64,000 nt of DNA, from contig CAYMVY010000001.1 in the NCBI GenBank assembly GCA_964394405.1, forward strand, positions 102,546-166,545. Reading direction: 5' to 3'. A model generated the notes under the pieces. That model did not search any database. It saw nothing but the letters and a program-made list of their open reading frames with translations, and was not told where the DNA came from. How positions within the stretch are numbered: position 1 is the first letter of the stretch; every line of letters begins with the position of its first letter. Shown piece by piece: positions 29,218-42,321 of this stretch. The position numbers were made by a program, and so were the translations under genes. This DNA is from an uncultured Gammaproteobacteria bacterium (GTDB lineage: Bacteria; Patescibacteriota; Patescibacteriia; Magasanikbacterales; UBA922).

Positions 29218-29933
29218 AAAAGACATATATCGAAGTAAAAGGAGTCACCCATCGCTACAATCAAGTAGTCGTGCTTGATGATGTATCATGTGCGATAGAA
29301 AAGGGATCAATCACCGCAATTATCGGACCAAACGGCTCGGGCAAAACAACCTTGATCAAAGCTATTATCGGACTTCTCGCACCAAACAAAGGAACCATCA
29401 CGATTGCAGGCAAAAGCCCAGCTCTCGCTCGGACGACGATCGGTTATGTGCCACAGCAATTAGAATTTGATAGATCTCTCCCTATTACCGTTGAAGAGTT
29501 CTTAAAAGTCTACCAATGCAAAGGTCAAGATCATCGGTATAAAAACATCATGAGTGTATTAGAAGAAGTAGGTCTGGAGCATGAAGTGCATCAAAAACTA
29601 GGCACCCTCTCGGGTGGACAATTTCAACGCGCCTTAATTGCACGCGCAATTTTTCATGAAAAAAATATTCTGGTACTTGACGAACCTTCTGCTGGAATTG
29701 ATATTGAGGGAGAAGAAACTCTCTACCACCTGATTGAAAAATTAAACCAGAAACACAAGACAACCTGTATTATTATCTCCCACGATATTTCAATCGTACA
29801 TCGATTTGCAGATAATGTGATTTGTTTGAACAAACGAAAAATTTGTCAGGGGATCCCATCAACCGCTATTACACCCGAAGTTTTAAAAGAATTATACGGT
29901 ACTGAAGCTGGGGTCTACCACCATCATCACTAA
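29199..29933 (+). CDS. znuC: Zinc ABC transporter ATP-binding protein, C-terminal His tail
   Basis: Walker A GPNGSGKTT, LSGGQFQR signature and C-terminal VYHHHH. Confidence 0.9.
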   Translation: MQKKEMKKTYIEVKGVTHRYNQVVVLDDVSCAIEKGSITAIIGPNGSGKTTLIKAIIGLLAPNKGTITIAGKSPALARTTIGYVPQQLEFDRSLPITVEEFLKVYQCKGQDHRYKNIMSVLEEVGLEHEVHQKLGTLSGGQFQRALIARAIFHEKNILVLDEPSAGIDIEGEETLYHLIEKLNQKHKTTCIIISHDISIVHRFADNVICLNKRKICQGIPSTAITPEVLKELYGTEAGVYHHHH

Positions 29934-29939
29934 TACAGT

Positions 29940-30752
29940 ATGTTAGATATTCTTACCTATCCATTCATGCAGAGGGCATTACTCTCAGGAGTAATCATCT
30001 CGCTCGTTTTGGGTTGGCTCGGGACATTCATCGTATCTCGAAAAATGAGCTTTATCGGGGACGGGATCGCACATGCATCACTCGGCGGTATCGCGCTTGC
30101 ACTGCTCGTCGGATGGGCGCCCCTTCCAACTGCGCTTGTATTCGGAGTAATCCTAGCATTGATACTTTTTTTTCTTGAACGAAAAACTAATGTGAGCCAG
30201 GACATGGCAATCGGGCTCATGTTCACGACCTCAATGGCGATCGGAATTATACTCATGCATTTCCATAATGGATACCAGCCAGAACTCGTAAGCTATCTCT
30301 TTGGTAATATTCTCGCGATCAACACGACTGATGTCTGGATCATCGGGGCAATTGGACTGGGAGTCCTCACATTACTTTCAATCTTCAACCGACAACTTAC
30401 CTTCATCACATTTGATAAAGACGGGGCATATCTCTCAGGAATTTCTCCTGCACGCTATGACCTTGCCCTGTACATCATCGCTGCACTCGCCATAATTGCA
30501 AGTGTAAAACTGGTAGGAATCATCCTGGTGAGTGCGCTCATCATCACACCAAGCGCAGCAGCAAAACTCATCGCACCATCATTCTTTTCATTTCAAAAAA
30601 TCGCCATGAGTATTGCTTTTTTCATGACGGTAGCCGGTCTTGTTCTTTCGTATTATCTCGACCTTCCTTCAGGAGCTCTCATTATTCTTGTTGGCTCTGC
30701 AATTTTTATATTGTTCACCATGTTGCAAAAATTTATCAGATTTAAGTTGTAG
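29940..30752 (+). CDS. znuB: Zinc ABC transporter permease
   Basis: ABC-3 family membrane protein with 8-9 hydrophobic segments. Confidence 0.9.
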   Translation: MLDILTYPFMQRALLSGVIISLVLGWLGTFIVSRKMSFIGDGIAHASLGGIALALLVGWAPLPTALVFGVILALILFFLERKTNVSQDMAIGLMFTTSMAIGIILMHFHNGYQPELVSYLFGNILAINTTDVWIIGAIGLGVLTLLSIFNRQLTFITFDKDGAYLSGISPARYDLALYIIAALAIIASVKLVGIILVSALIITPSAAAKLIAPSFFSFQKIAMSIAFFMTVAGLVLSYYLDLPSGALIILVGSAIFILFTMLQKFIRFKL

Positions 30753-30788
30753 TTTTGAGTTTTGAAATTTTAGTTTTGAATTTGAAAT
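30750..30788. repeat. tagttttgagttttgaaattttagttttgaatttgaaat (family A repeat)
   Basis: Read directly from the sequence. Confidence 0.65.
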
Positions 30789-31571
30789 ATGTTCATCAAT
30801 AATCTCAATCCAATACTCCTAGAATTCGGACCATTCACCATTCGCTGGTATGGAGTAATGCTTGGGGTTGGCGTACTAGCATGTCTTATCGTCTATTACT
30901 GGCTAGCCAAAAAAGACAAAGAAAAACTAAACACCGTGTACGACTTGTCAGTCTGGTTGATTGTCGGGGGACTTATTGGAGCACGTTTAGGGCACATCAT
31001 GTTCTACAATTTACCCTATTTTTTAGCTCATCCCAGCGAAATAATATTTATCAATCACGGTGGACTTTCCAGTCATGGACTCACGATTGGACTACTCGCA
31101 ACCGCTTGGCTATATCAAAAAATAAAGAAAATAGACCTGAGAAATTATCTTGATCTCATGGTCGTGCCTATTCCCCTTCTCGCCGGATGTATTCGCATCG
31201 GAAATTTTTTTAACTCAGAGATTATTGGAAAAATAACTGATGTTCCGTGGGGTGTATATTTTGCTCAAGTTGATGGAGTGGACCATCTACCTATTTTTCG
31301 CCACCCACAACAACTATACGAAGCTCTTACCTGCTTTGCAATTTTTTTATTCATACTTTTCATCTATAAAAAAATTCAACCAAGCAAAAAACAACTATTC
31401 ACCTTTTTTATATTTCTCTTCTCCTATTTCACGACAAGGTTTTTATTGGAATTTACCAAAGAGCCTTTGAACTCCTTTGACTCTTTTCTTTCAACCGGTC
31501 AACTCCTCAGTATTCCCTTTATTATGTGGAGTGCATGGTGGCTTTTGAAAAAATTAAAAGTAAAAAAATAA
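30789..31571 (+). CDS. lgt: Prolipoprotein diacylglyceryl transferase
   Basis: MFINNLNPILLEFGPFTIRWYGVMLGVGV ... HGGLSSHGLTIGLL, the Lgt signature. Confidence 0.9.
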   Translation: MFINNLNPILLEFGPFTIRWYGVMLGVGVLACLIVYYWLAKKDKEKLNTVYDLSVWLIVGGLIGARLGHIMFYNLPYFLAHPSEIIFINHGGLSSHGLTIGLLATAWLYQKIKKIDLRNYLDLMVVPIPLLAGCIRIGNFFNSEIIGKITDVPWGVYFAQVDGVDHLPIFRHPQQLYEALTCFAIFLFILFIYKKIQPSKKQLFTFFIFLFSYFTTRFLLEFTKEPLNSFDSFLSTGQLLSIPFIMWSAWWLLKKLKVKK

Positions 31572-31572
31572 A

Positions 31573-31600
31573 TCCGCTTCATAGCGGATTTTTTATAAGA
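31573..31600 (+). terminator. Rho-independent terminator after lgt
   Basis: aatccgcttcatagcggatt followed by a T-run. Confidence 0.75.
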
Positions 31601-31664
31601 AGGAGACAGCGGGCTCGAGGTAGCAATGCAACAGATCGCCAACCAAGAACCCACTAACAGGACG

Positions 31665-32023
31665 AACAGCTTCACGGAGCACCAACAAGCTCACCGAGTG
31701 CGCTGTGGAGCTCACTCGGCGTCTCATCAGGCACCACTCCAACACGCGCCTCGAAGTGGAAAGGACACCTAGTCAGAGGGTACGTGCGCTTCTGGCCGTA
31801 CCAGTTGGCAGCACCACACTCGCTACCTTCTGGCCCACTGCTGCGAGGGCAGGCTTCCGGGGCGACGAAAATGCGATCGAAACCCTCAGGACGCAGAAGC
31901 ACCACTTTTATGGAGAGTGCCGTAACTGCCGGATGGGTTTTCTGACCGTGACAGGAAATGAACACAACTCGCTCGGACATACAATCACACACCTTTGTCT
32001 GAATGAACAGACGTGAAGTTGAT
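31665..32023 (+). ncRNA. rnpB: GC-rich structured RNA, probably RNase P RNA
   Basis: About 58% GC in a 40% GC genome. A P1-like terminal pairing exists: CAGCUUCACGG at 31667-31677 pairs with CGUGAAGUUG at 32012-32021. An internal P3-like hairpin is CCGAGUG-N-CACUCGG. Motifs GUGGAAAGGACACC, CAGAGGGUA, AGGGCAGG, GACGAAAAUGCGAUCGAAACCC, GGAGAGUGCCGUAACUGCC and GAAUGAACAGA resemble the CR-I to CR-V regions of bacterial RNase P RNA. The overlapping ORFs on both strands are probably artefacts. Confidence 0.45.
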
Positions 32024-32115
32024 ATGCAGAGCCTAACACAATTTTTCCCATAACGTCAAACAAAAAATCCGCGTTGAGCGGAAAATTTTGGCAAACAAAA
32101 AACTGAGTACAGAAT

Positions 32116-32221
32116 CTAGGCGCCGACCTACTCTCGCCTTGCGACTACCATTGGCGCTGAAGGGCTTAACTGCCGTGTTCGGGATGAGAACGGGTGGACC
32201 CCCTTCGCAAAAAGCACCTAG
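32116..32221 (-). rRNA. rrf: 5S rRNA
   Basis: Minus-strand sequence ...GGTCCACCCGTTCTCATCCCGAACACGGCAGTTAAGCCCTTCAGCGCCAATGGTAGTCGCAAGGCGAGAGTAGGTCGGCGCCTAG matches the 5S consensus (CCGAAC, GGTAGT, AGAGTAGG). Confidence 0.8.
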
Positions 32222-32284
32222 ATTCTATACTCAGTCTATATTGTAAAGTAACAAAGTTGTTGCAAGCAAGCATTCTTCATAAAC

Positions 32285-35650
<3,366 letters not shown>

Positions 35651-36090
35651 TGTGTTTCATGTATATTCAAAGATGCTAACTTACAATTAGATTGCGTATC
35701 TCAACCGTAGCCGAGACATACGCAATTTGCTTTATTACTTTCATTGGTTAAATTGTGAACGATCACTTATCGCGAGTACCTTTCGGCGCGCAGTCTATGC
35801 AATAGTGTTTATTGTGCAGACTGCGATCTAAAAGTGTGAATGATTTTTTTGATAAAAAAAGAACCGCTACAAGCGGTCCTAAACATTGGCATGTTTATAT
35901 CCGCCTGGATACTCAGAGTAACAACGAGTTGTATCTTGTGTACACCATGTGTTCAGGATGTAGAAGTACGTATGTTGTGTTACCCAGAGGTCCAAACTGA
36001 ATTGCGTGTGTTTTTGGACATGGTCCGAAGATTCTTCGGGACTTGTTCACGCTCGCACATAGTACAGTTTTTTATATCCCCTGTCAAGCT

Positions 36091-36369
36091 TTATCTGTGT
36101 GGATAAAAACGCACGGTCGTAGAACCTCCATGAGAGTCCAAAAAAAAGGCTTCAATCAGCGGATTTTGACTCAGTTCTTCTTCGATAATCCCTGCCAAAA
36201 CCCCTTCCCCAACCCCATGTACAATGCGACAAAAATCGCACTTATTCACAACTAGTCTATTCAGTTCAAAATTTAATTTTTCTCGCACTTCACTAGCCTG
36301 AAAACCATGCAGATCAATCACGGGAATATTTTGTAAGTGTTCAAAGAATTGTGTGTCGATGCGAGACAT
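36091..36369 (-). CDS. Smr-domain protein
   Basis: IDLHGFQASEVREKL...VVNKCDFCRIVHGVGEGVL, the Smr signature. A minus-strand hairpin plus T-run at about 35860-35890 lies downstream. Confidence 0.7.
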   Translation of the reverse strand: MSRIDTQFFEHLQNIPVIDLHGFQASEVREKLNFELNRLVVNKCDFCRIVHGVGEGVLAGIIEEELSQNPLIEAFFLDSHGGSTTVRFYPHR

Positions 36370-36373
36370 GTTA

Positions 36374-36490
36374 CAAAATCAAAAGTTACTGTAATTCAAA
36401 ACTCAAATGTCAAAACGCAAAACCAAAATTCAAATCTTAAAACTTTTAGTTTCAGTTTTGAGCTTTGAGTTTTTACTTTTGAGTTTAATA
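36374..36490. repeat. Extended block of family A repeats (caaaactcaaatgtcaaaacgcaaaaccaaaattcaaatc ... cagttttgagctttgagtttttacttttgagttt)
   Basis: Read directly from the sequence. Both orientations of the aaactcaaa/tttgagttt unit occur in about 115 nt. Confidence 0.7.
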
Positions 36491-36600
36491 TATGTCTACT
36501 GAAAACCATTGTAAAAATGATTTACATGAGACAGTTGGGGACTCCGGCGCGAACGCTGGAATCCCCACCCCCCATCATGCGCGTAGTCGCGCAGACCTGA

Positions 36601-37395
36601 TTACTCGAGACCGGCGCTTTCCGGTCTGTAGTGAATCGCGATGGCTTCGCTTATGAATTCCTCGTAGAGGTTTTCACTGCGTACACCACCGTCTTTTTCA
36701 TCGACGGCTTCGACGTCAACAAGCTGAGTCCTGATCTTCGCCATCCCGATACGTTCAGGAATGCGAATGGTGCCCATGAGCTTGAGGACTAGTCCACGTT
36801 CAGACAGAACCAAACCGGCTTCTTTTCCGGAAGTGCCGTCCTCCTCGACGACAGTGAATATCACCGTGGTCTGGTTGAGACTATCCCACATGGGGTCAGC
36901 CTTGAAGGTCGCAGCGACACTGAAACGATTCGTCGTGATGTCGAAGTCGGTCACGAACGGGAGCTCAGTTTCAGGATTGTAGAACGTGCGAAGTACATCT
37001 TCATTCCCCTGGGCCGGAGGAACGAAAAGCCGGTAGGTCAGCGAAGTGATTCGCTTACCCTTGAAGTGGTCACCACAGGGGATGATGCGGGCGTAATGAA
37101 ACGCCTGCTCCTGCCCCACATACGCGACCTCGGACTCGAGCGAGAGCGGTAGAACGAGGAAATCGTTGGAACCACAGCGCTCGACCACCAGCTGAGGGAG
37201 GGTTTTAACCTCCTTGACCTGACACGTTTCGATGGAACCCTGAGCCAGGGGCATCTCAGTCGACGAGTCGACAGCCGAGACGGACGACAGCCGAGGATGC
37301 TCGGGAGGCGATGGATTATCGCATCCGGCGTACAGGTTGAACGCGAAGATGTAGATGGCGATGCAGATGAACTGTGACGGAAACTTCTTAGACAC
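36601..37395 (-). CDS. GC-rich hypothetical lipoprotein (GTG start, SD AGGAGCAACCACC, lipobox LYAGC)
   Basis: VSKKFPSQFICIAIYIFAFNLYAGCDNPSPPEH... Region is about 55-60% GC against a 40% background. The alternative-frame ORF 37038-37424 is a GC artefact. Confidence 0.6.
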   Translation of the reverse strand: MSKKFPSQFICIAIYIFAFNLYAGCDNPSPPEHPRLSSVSAVDSSTEMPLAQGSIETCQVKEVKTLPQLVVERCGSNDFLVLPLSLESEVAYVGQEQAFHYARIIPCGDHFKGKRITSLTYRLFVPPAQGNEDVLRTFYNPETELPFVTDFDITTNRFSVAATFKADPMWDSLNQTTVIFTVVEEDGTSGKEAGLVLSERGLVLKLMGTIRIPERIGMAKIRTQLVDVEAVDEKDGGVRSENLYEEFISEAIAIHYRPESAGLE

Positions 37396-37614
37396 GGTGG
37401 TTGCTCCTGATTGCGTGTGATCACTCGAGATGTGTCTATCTCGAAGCTGCAAGAGTATAGAGTAAATAATGAATTTTGTCAATATAATATATAAATAAAA
37501 CAACCGTCATTAGCGGTTGTCATATACTCTTGCAATATAAAAATAATCATTTTTTTATGTACTCACCATACTACAAAATAGTGTATTCTGTACTATACAG
37601 TAACATACAACAAA

Positions 37615-38229
37615 TCATATAGTATCTTTTCTCAATACTGCATGTTCGGCTACATGCATAATAACATCAACAAACGTTTTAACTAACAAAAACAATAAAA
37701 GCCCTCCACCAAACGCACCGAACATAAGAGTAAGATGCATCGGAATAATGCGGGTGTACGGACGAGCCATCACTGATCCAATTTTTTGTTTTTGAGTATC
37801 ACGATGACGATAAAAAAGATAGGAAAAAAAGTGAGTAATCAAAAAAAGCCCTGTAGTAAATAATATATAACGAAATTCAGTAACACTTGGCTTTTCCCCA
37901 AAAGTTTCCATCAAAATAAAACCTAAATAAATTAAATGGAATACACCGTAGTGAAATAAAAAGAAAAAAGCAGAAAACAATCGTGTAGTCGAGGTGGGTT
38001 TAGCGGGGTGACCATTGAACCCAAATCCTTCAGTAGAAAATTCAGTGAGCTGAAGTATACGAATAAAATTAAATAATCCAATAATGACACTCTGAAACCA
38101 GTAAATTAATAATACCGTCGCTATGTTCCATTGTCCAACAATTGCAAAATAAATGGTGACAATATTTGAAGTAAATAATAACCACAAGGAAGGATCTCTT
38201 AATACACCCCTACTAAGAAGTTTGAGCAT
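37615..38229 (-). CDS. Hypothetical polytopic membrane protein
   Basis: 5-6 hydrophobic helices. The ORF N-terminus in the track overlaps tRNA-Leu(UAG), so the start is placed at the internal ATG 38229. Confidence 0.55.
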   Translation of the reverse strand: MLKLLSRGVLRDPSLWLLFTSNIVTIYFAIVGQWNIATVLLIYWFQSVIIGLFNFIRILQLTEFSTEGFGFNGHPAKPTSTTRLFSAFFFLFHYGVFHLIYLGFILMETFGEKPSVTEFRYILFTTGLFLITHFFSYLFYRHRDTQKQKIGSVMARPYTRIIPMHLTLMFGAFGGGLLLFLLVKTFVDVIMHVAEHAVLRKDTI

Positions 38230-38262
38230 AGTTATAACAAGTACTAAACGAAAACATTGATT

Positions 38263-38347
38263 TGGTGCCGCAGGAGAGACTCGAACTCTCACACCTTTCG
38301 GTACGTGCTCCTAAGGCACGCGTGTATACCAATTTCACCACTGCGGC
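38263..38347 (-). tRNA. tRNA-Leu (anticodon UAG), CCA encoded
   Basis: GCCGCAGTGGTGAAATTGGTATACACGCGTGCCTTAGGAGCACGTACCGAAAGGTGTGAGAGTTCGAGTCTCTCCTGCGGCACCA. Anticodon loop is CTTAGGA and the variable arm is long. Confidence 0.85.
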
Positions 38348-38388
38348 ATGGCACCTATTCAACCACACCTAGCAAAAAAAGACAATGA

Positions 38389-39153
38389 TTATGATTCGAT
38401 AATAGTTTTTTCAATCCGTTCCCGAGTTTCACGTAGAAGAAAAAGGCTGATATCGTCATAGGTTGGTTGTACTGCATGAAATGGAGTCTCAATTACCTTG
38501 AGGAGTTTGAGTAAGAAGATAAAAAAATAGGAAATAATCGCGGTAACGATTATACCTTCAACATGAGGTTCGATATTGGTAAAAACCAGAAGACCGATAA
38601 TTAATACCACAATTGAACGAGCAAGAATATACGAGGAGGGCAAGAACCAAATTTTCTGAATATGATGAATACGCAAAATATACTTCTTAAGAAAACTCTG
38701 TTCTTGTTTCAGTCTGACAATAAAGTTAGCCGGAGTACCGAGGCGTTCCATTTCCAAAAAAGACGTAGACAATTCTGATACATAGACAAGACACTTCTCA
38801 GTCTTCTGTGCAGGAATATCGAGGCCAAGCTGATGCAGCAATGCAACCAATTTTTTCTGAATACTTACTAGATCAAACTGGGGAAATTGCTGCTTGAGAT
38901 ATCGTGCATCTTCGTGGATAGAATCCACCGCAGCTGCTATTTCTGCAGGCAACTTCTCACTCTCCTTATAATCAGCCATAATACTCGAGAGGATAAAACC
39001 GATAATAAAAATACCACCTGCAATAATGCTCGTGTACAGTGAATTAATATTCATAAACTCCCACGAAAACAAGATACTACCAATCTTCAGTGCAACAACA
39101 AGCAATACAAGGACCAGGGAATCAATCATGCGTTTATATTTGCTCAAAAACAT
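38389..39153 (-). CDS. Hypothetical membrane protein
   Basis: The ORF in the track starts at TTG 39276. The first ATGs are at 39153 and 39129. Two N-terminal TM helices plus a C-terminal TM pair. Confidence 0.55.
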   Translation of the reverse strand: MFLSKYKRMIDSLVLVLLVVALKIGSILFSWEFMNINSLYTSIIAGGIFIIGFILSSIMADYKESEKLPAEIAAAVDSIHEDARYLKQQFPQFDLVSIQKKLVALLHQLGLDIPAQKTEKCLVYVSELSTSFLEMERLGTPANFIVRLKQEQSFLKKYILRIHHIQKIWFLPSSYILARSIVVLIIGLLVFTNIEPHVEGIIVTAIISYFFIFLLKLLKVIETPFHAVQPTYDDISLFLLRETRERIEKTIIES

Positions 39154-39373
39154 AATACAAATACTACATAAGTTATACAGCGCGTGTATTTTCTCACACA
39201 AAAATTTCCAAAACAAGGATGAGTGGGGTGGAGCATCCTGCATACAGTTTGAGAGCCATTCGGCTCCCACAACCAACTATGCCATAGACACTCCACCCCA
39301 CCTTCACCCTACAAAAAAAGTAATAGAAAGTCAAAACCCGGTCACATGACCGGGTTGATTCTATACAAGTTGT

Positions 39374-41599
39374 TTACGGTCTTCGAGGCCGAGGACTTCC
39401 TCCGCGAAATCCACCTCGATCATTACCACGAGGACGAGGGGCAAAACTTCGCTCTTCACGTGGTTGTTCTACATATCCTTCTGGCTTAGGAAGAAGTGCT
39501 TTCATCGAAAGATTTACACGACCGAGATTGTCAATTTCTTTTACTTTTACTTTTACCATATCGCCAAGCTTCAATACATCAGCAGGCTTATTGGTTCGCT
39601 CCCATGCGATCTCACTTACGTGTACCAACCCGTCTTTGCCTGGAAGAATTTCTACAAATGCTCCAAAATCTTCAAGCCGACTCACTTTCCCTTCATATTC
39701 TTCCCCAGCAGTGATTTCATGTGTCAATTGTTCGACAATTGCGACAGCCTTCTTCATTGCTTCACCATCGTTTGAAGTGATCATGACACGACCATCCTGT
39801 TCAATATCAATCTGTACACCAGTTTCATCAATAATTTTATTAATAGTTTTTCCACCAGGACCAATCACATCACGGATGCGTTCTGGATTAATAGTAATCG
39901 TCACAATACGAGGAGCAAATGGAGACAAATCAGGTCGAGGAGTAGAAATCTTCTGAGCCATCACCTCAAGAATTTTCAAACGCGCATCACGAGCTTGTGC
40001 AATGGTTTGATCAACGATATCCCATGACAAACCTTGAGTTTTGGTATCCATCTGAATTGCAGTAATACCATCTGCGGTACCTGCAATTTTGAAATCCATT
40101 CCACCAGGACCGTCTTCCACATCTTGCAAATCAGTGAGCACTTTCCAGTCTCCCTTGTCATTTGATGCAAGACCCATGGCAATTCCAGCCACTGCTTTTT
40201 TGATTGGAACTCCTGCTGCCATAAGAGACATAGTAGATCCACAGGTCGAAGCCATTGAACTTGATCCATTTGATCCCATGACTTCAGACACCACACGAAT
40301 AGTGTATGGGAAATCAGCTTGTGCAGGTAATACTGGCTCGAGTGCTCGCTCAGCGAGTGCACCGTGTCCGATGGCTCTGCGCCCTGGCCCACGAATCGGA
40401 GAAACTTCTCCATAAGTGTAAGGCGCATCATTATAATGATGCATGTAGCGCTTGGTCCCCACTTCTTCCATACTATCGAGTGTCTGCACATCTCCTGGAG
40501 CCCCGAGTGTCACAATTGAGAGTACTTGAGTATCTCCGCGCATAAACATAGCTGAACCATGCACACGAGGAATCAGATCAATATCAGTTTGTAATTCACG
40601 AATTTCAGTGAGTTTTCGTCCATCAAGACGAGTACCATTTTTGAGAATGGTGGCAGTTACCTCTTCAGCAACATACGACTTTACTTGATTGAGAGCTTTC
40701 TTAATCGTATCAGCCTCAAACCCAAGAGAAAGCAAATGCTCTTTTCCCCCATTTTTCAATGCATCAAGAGCGCCGTATCGATCAGCGCGGGTAATTTTTG
40801 GAGAATTAAATACCACACTCTCAACATGTGAATGTATGTATTCTTTAAATGCTTGCTTCGCTCGATCAGCATCACTCATCTCCCCTGGAATGGGCATTTC
40901 TTTTTCTTTCCCAACTTCTTTTTGAATTTTTGAAATAAGATCAACTACGGGTTTCAATTCAGCACTCCCCCATTTCATAGCTTCAAACACGACTGATTCA
41001 GGAACTTCACGCGCCGCAGCTTCCACCATTACTAGTTTTTCTGGAGTTCCTGCGACAAACAGATCAAGCATTGAGTTTGCTTCCATTTGTGTTGAGGTAA
41101 CATTCAAAATAAATGTACCAGCCTCGTCCATACCAATACGCGCTCCTGCAATCGGCCCGTTCCAAGGTACGCTCGAAAGAGAAAGTACAGCTGAAGCTCC
41201 AATCATACCTACAATTGCAGCATCATGTTCCCCATCAACTGAAAGAGGGGTAATGACTACCTGTACATCAGTGCGAGTAGCGTCATTGAAAAGCGGTCGA
41301 ATCGCGCGATCAATTAATCGCGCTGTAAGAATTGAATCATCACTTGGTCTACCTTCTCGCTTGATAAAACGAGAACCTTTAATTCTTCCTGCCGCATATA
41401 ATTTTTCTTCGAAATCCACCATGAGAGGAAAATAATCAATTCCATCACGTGGTTCAGTGCTCTTCATGACAGTCGCAAGAATAAGTGTGTCACCGTATTT
41501 CACGGTACATGAGGCGAGTGCCTGAAGTGCGAATCGTCCGGTCTCAATCGTGAGGGTTCGATTACCCCACTCAATTGACCATTGCTTTGGCTGTAACAT
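39374..41599 (-). CDS. pnp: Polyribonucleotide nucleotidyltransferase (PNPase) with C-terminal Arg/Gly/Pro-rich tail
   Basis: Two RNase PH domains, KH and S1 domains. Tail ...SFAPRPRGNDRGGFRGGSPRPRRP. Confidence 0.95.
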   Translation of the reverse strand: MLQPKQWSIEWGNRTLTIETGRFALQALASCTVKYGDTLILATVMKSTEPRDGIDYFPLMVDFEEKLYAAGRIKGSRFIKREGRPSDDSILTARLIDRAIRPLFNDATRTDVQVVITPLSVDGEHDAAIVGMIGASAVLSLSSVPWNGPIAGARIGMDEAGTFILNVTSTQMEANSMLDLFVAGTPEKLVMVEAAAREVPESVVFEAMKWGSAELKPVVDLISKIQKEVGKEKEMPIPGEMSDADRAKQAFKEYIHSHVESVVFNSPKITRADRYGALDALKNGGKEHLLSLGFEADTIKKALNQVKSYVAEEVTATILKNGTRLDGRKLTEIRELQTDIDLIPRVHGSAMFMRGDTQVLSIVTLGAPGDVQTLDSMEEVGTKRYMHHYNDAPYTYGEVSPIRGPGRRAIGHGALAERALEPVLPAQADFPYTIRVVSEVMGSNGSSSMASTCGSTMSLMAAGVPIKKAVAGIAMGLASNDKGDWKVLTDLQDVEDGPGGMDFKIAGTADGITAIQMDTKTQGLSWDIVDQTIAQARDARLKILEVMAQKISTPRPDLSPFAPRIVTITINPERIRDVIGPGGKTINKIIDETGVQIDIEQDGRVMITSNDGEAMKKAVAIVEQLTHEITAGEEYEGKVSRLEDFGAFVEILPGKDGLVHVSEIAWERTNKPADVLKLGDMVKVKVKEIDNLGRVNLSMKALLPKPEGYVEQPREERSFAPRPRGNDRGGFRGGSPRPRRP

Positions 41600-41763
41600 A
41601 CGTTCTAATTGTGTTAGAACAATGATCAGAAGGCGATAGATCGAGAACGCCTACAAAGAGACGTGACTGACCTAGATGTCTTCCGACCATTATTCGTGAA
41701 TAAATTGTATATTGACTGAGACAGATTAATTCGTAATCTGTCCTTAATCAGTCTCAATCAATA

Positions 41764-42321
41764 TTATCTTTTCTTTCGATTTCGATAATCTGGAATCAAA
41801 AAAGTTTCCTTATTTTCACTCAAATCAATAAAATCATCAACTTCATTTCGGAGAAGAGAAGATGTTGTTTCCCCAAATGCAACAACTTCTACTTGCTTAC
41901 CTGTACTCTGCAAATATTCAACCAGAGGCAAATAATCTCCGTCTCCCGATACAATTACTACTGCATCAAGACTCGGTGAGAGTCGAATTGCGTCAACCGC
42001 TAATCCTACATCCCAGTCTGCTTTCTTCATACCGCTATTAAAAATCTGCAGATCTTTTTCACGGGTCTCAATACCGAGGTTATACAAAGCTTCAAAAAAG
42101 GGTTGCTCGTCCTGAGTTTCAGTTCGAACGACATACGCGATCGCGCGGATAAGCTTTCGATTTCCGACCGCTTCTTTGACAATCGCGCCAAAATTTACTT
42201 TGCGCTGAAACAAGTTCTTGGCAGAATAGTACATATTCTGTACATCAATAAACACCCCAACGCGTTGATCGGGGTGTTTCAAAGGATTATAACTAGGCTG
42301 TTTTTTCTGTGGTGTCTTCAT
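41764..42321 (-). CDS. NYN-domain (LabA-like, PIN-fold) putative RNase
   Basis: [18 protein letters not shown] ... [30 protein letters not shown]. The ORF in the track begins with TTG 42396. ATG 42321 has a GAGGAAG SD-like sequence upstream. Confidence 0.7.
   Translation of the reverse strand: MKTPQKKQPSYNPLKHPDQRVGVFIDVQNMYYSAKNLFQRKVNFGAIVKEAVGNRKLIRAIAYVVRTETQDEQPFFEALYNLGIETREKDLQIFNSGMKKADWDVGLAVDAIRLSPSLDAVVIVSGDGDYLPLVEYLQSTGKQVEVVAFGETTSSLLRNEVDDFIDLSENKETFLIPDYRNRKKR

Noticed and set aside
31672-32016. Overlapping 106-aa (-) and 103-aa (+) ORFs between lgt and 5S rRNA
   Set aside because: Both lie in a GC-rich segment that folds with rRNA-like and RNase P-like motifs. Two long overlapping antisense frames are characteristic of structured RNA, not protein. 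A tmRNA interpretation was also considered and rejected because no tRNA-like 3' end or ANDENYALAA-type tag frame is present.
37038-37424. Arg/Ser-rich 128-aa ORF on the minus strand
   Set aside because: It is an alternative frame inside the GC-rich lipoprotein gene. The lipoprotein frame has the SD, lipobox and terminator.
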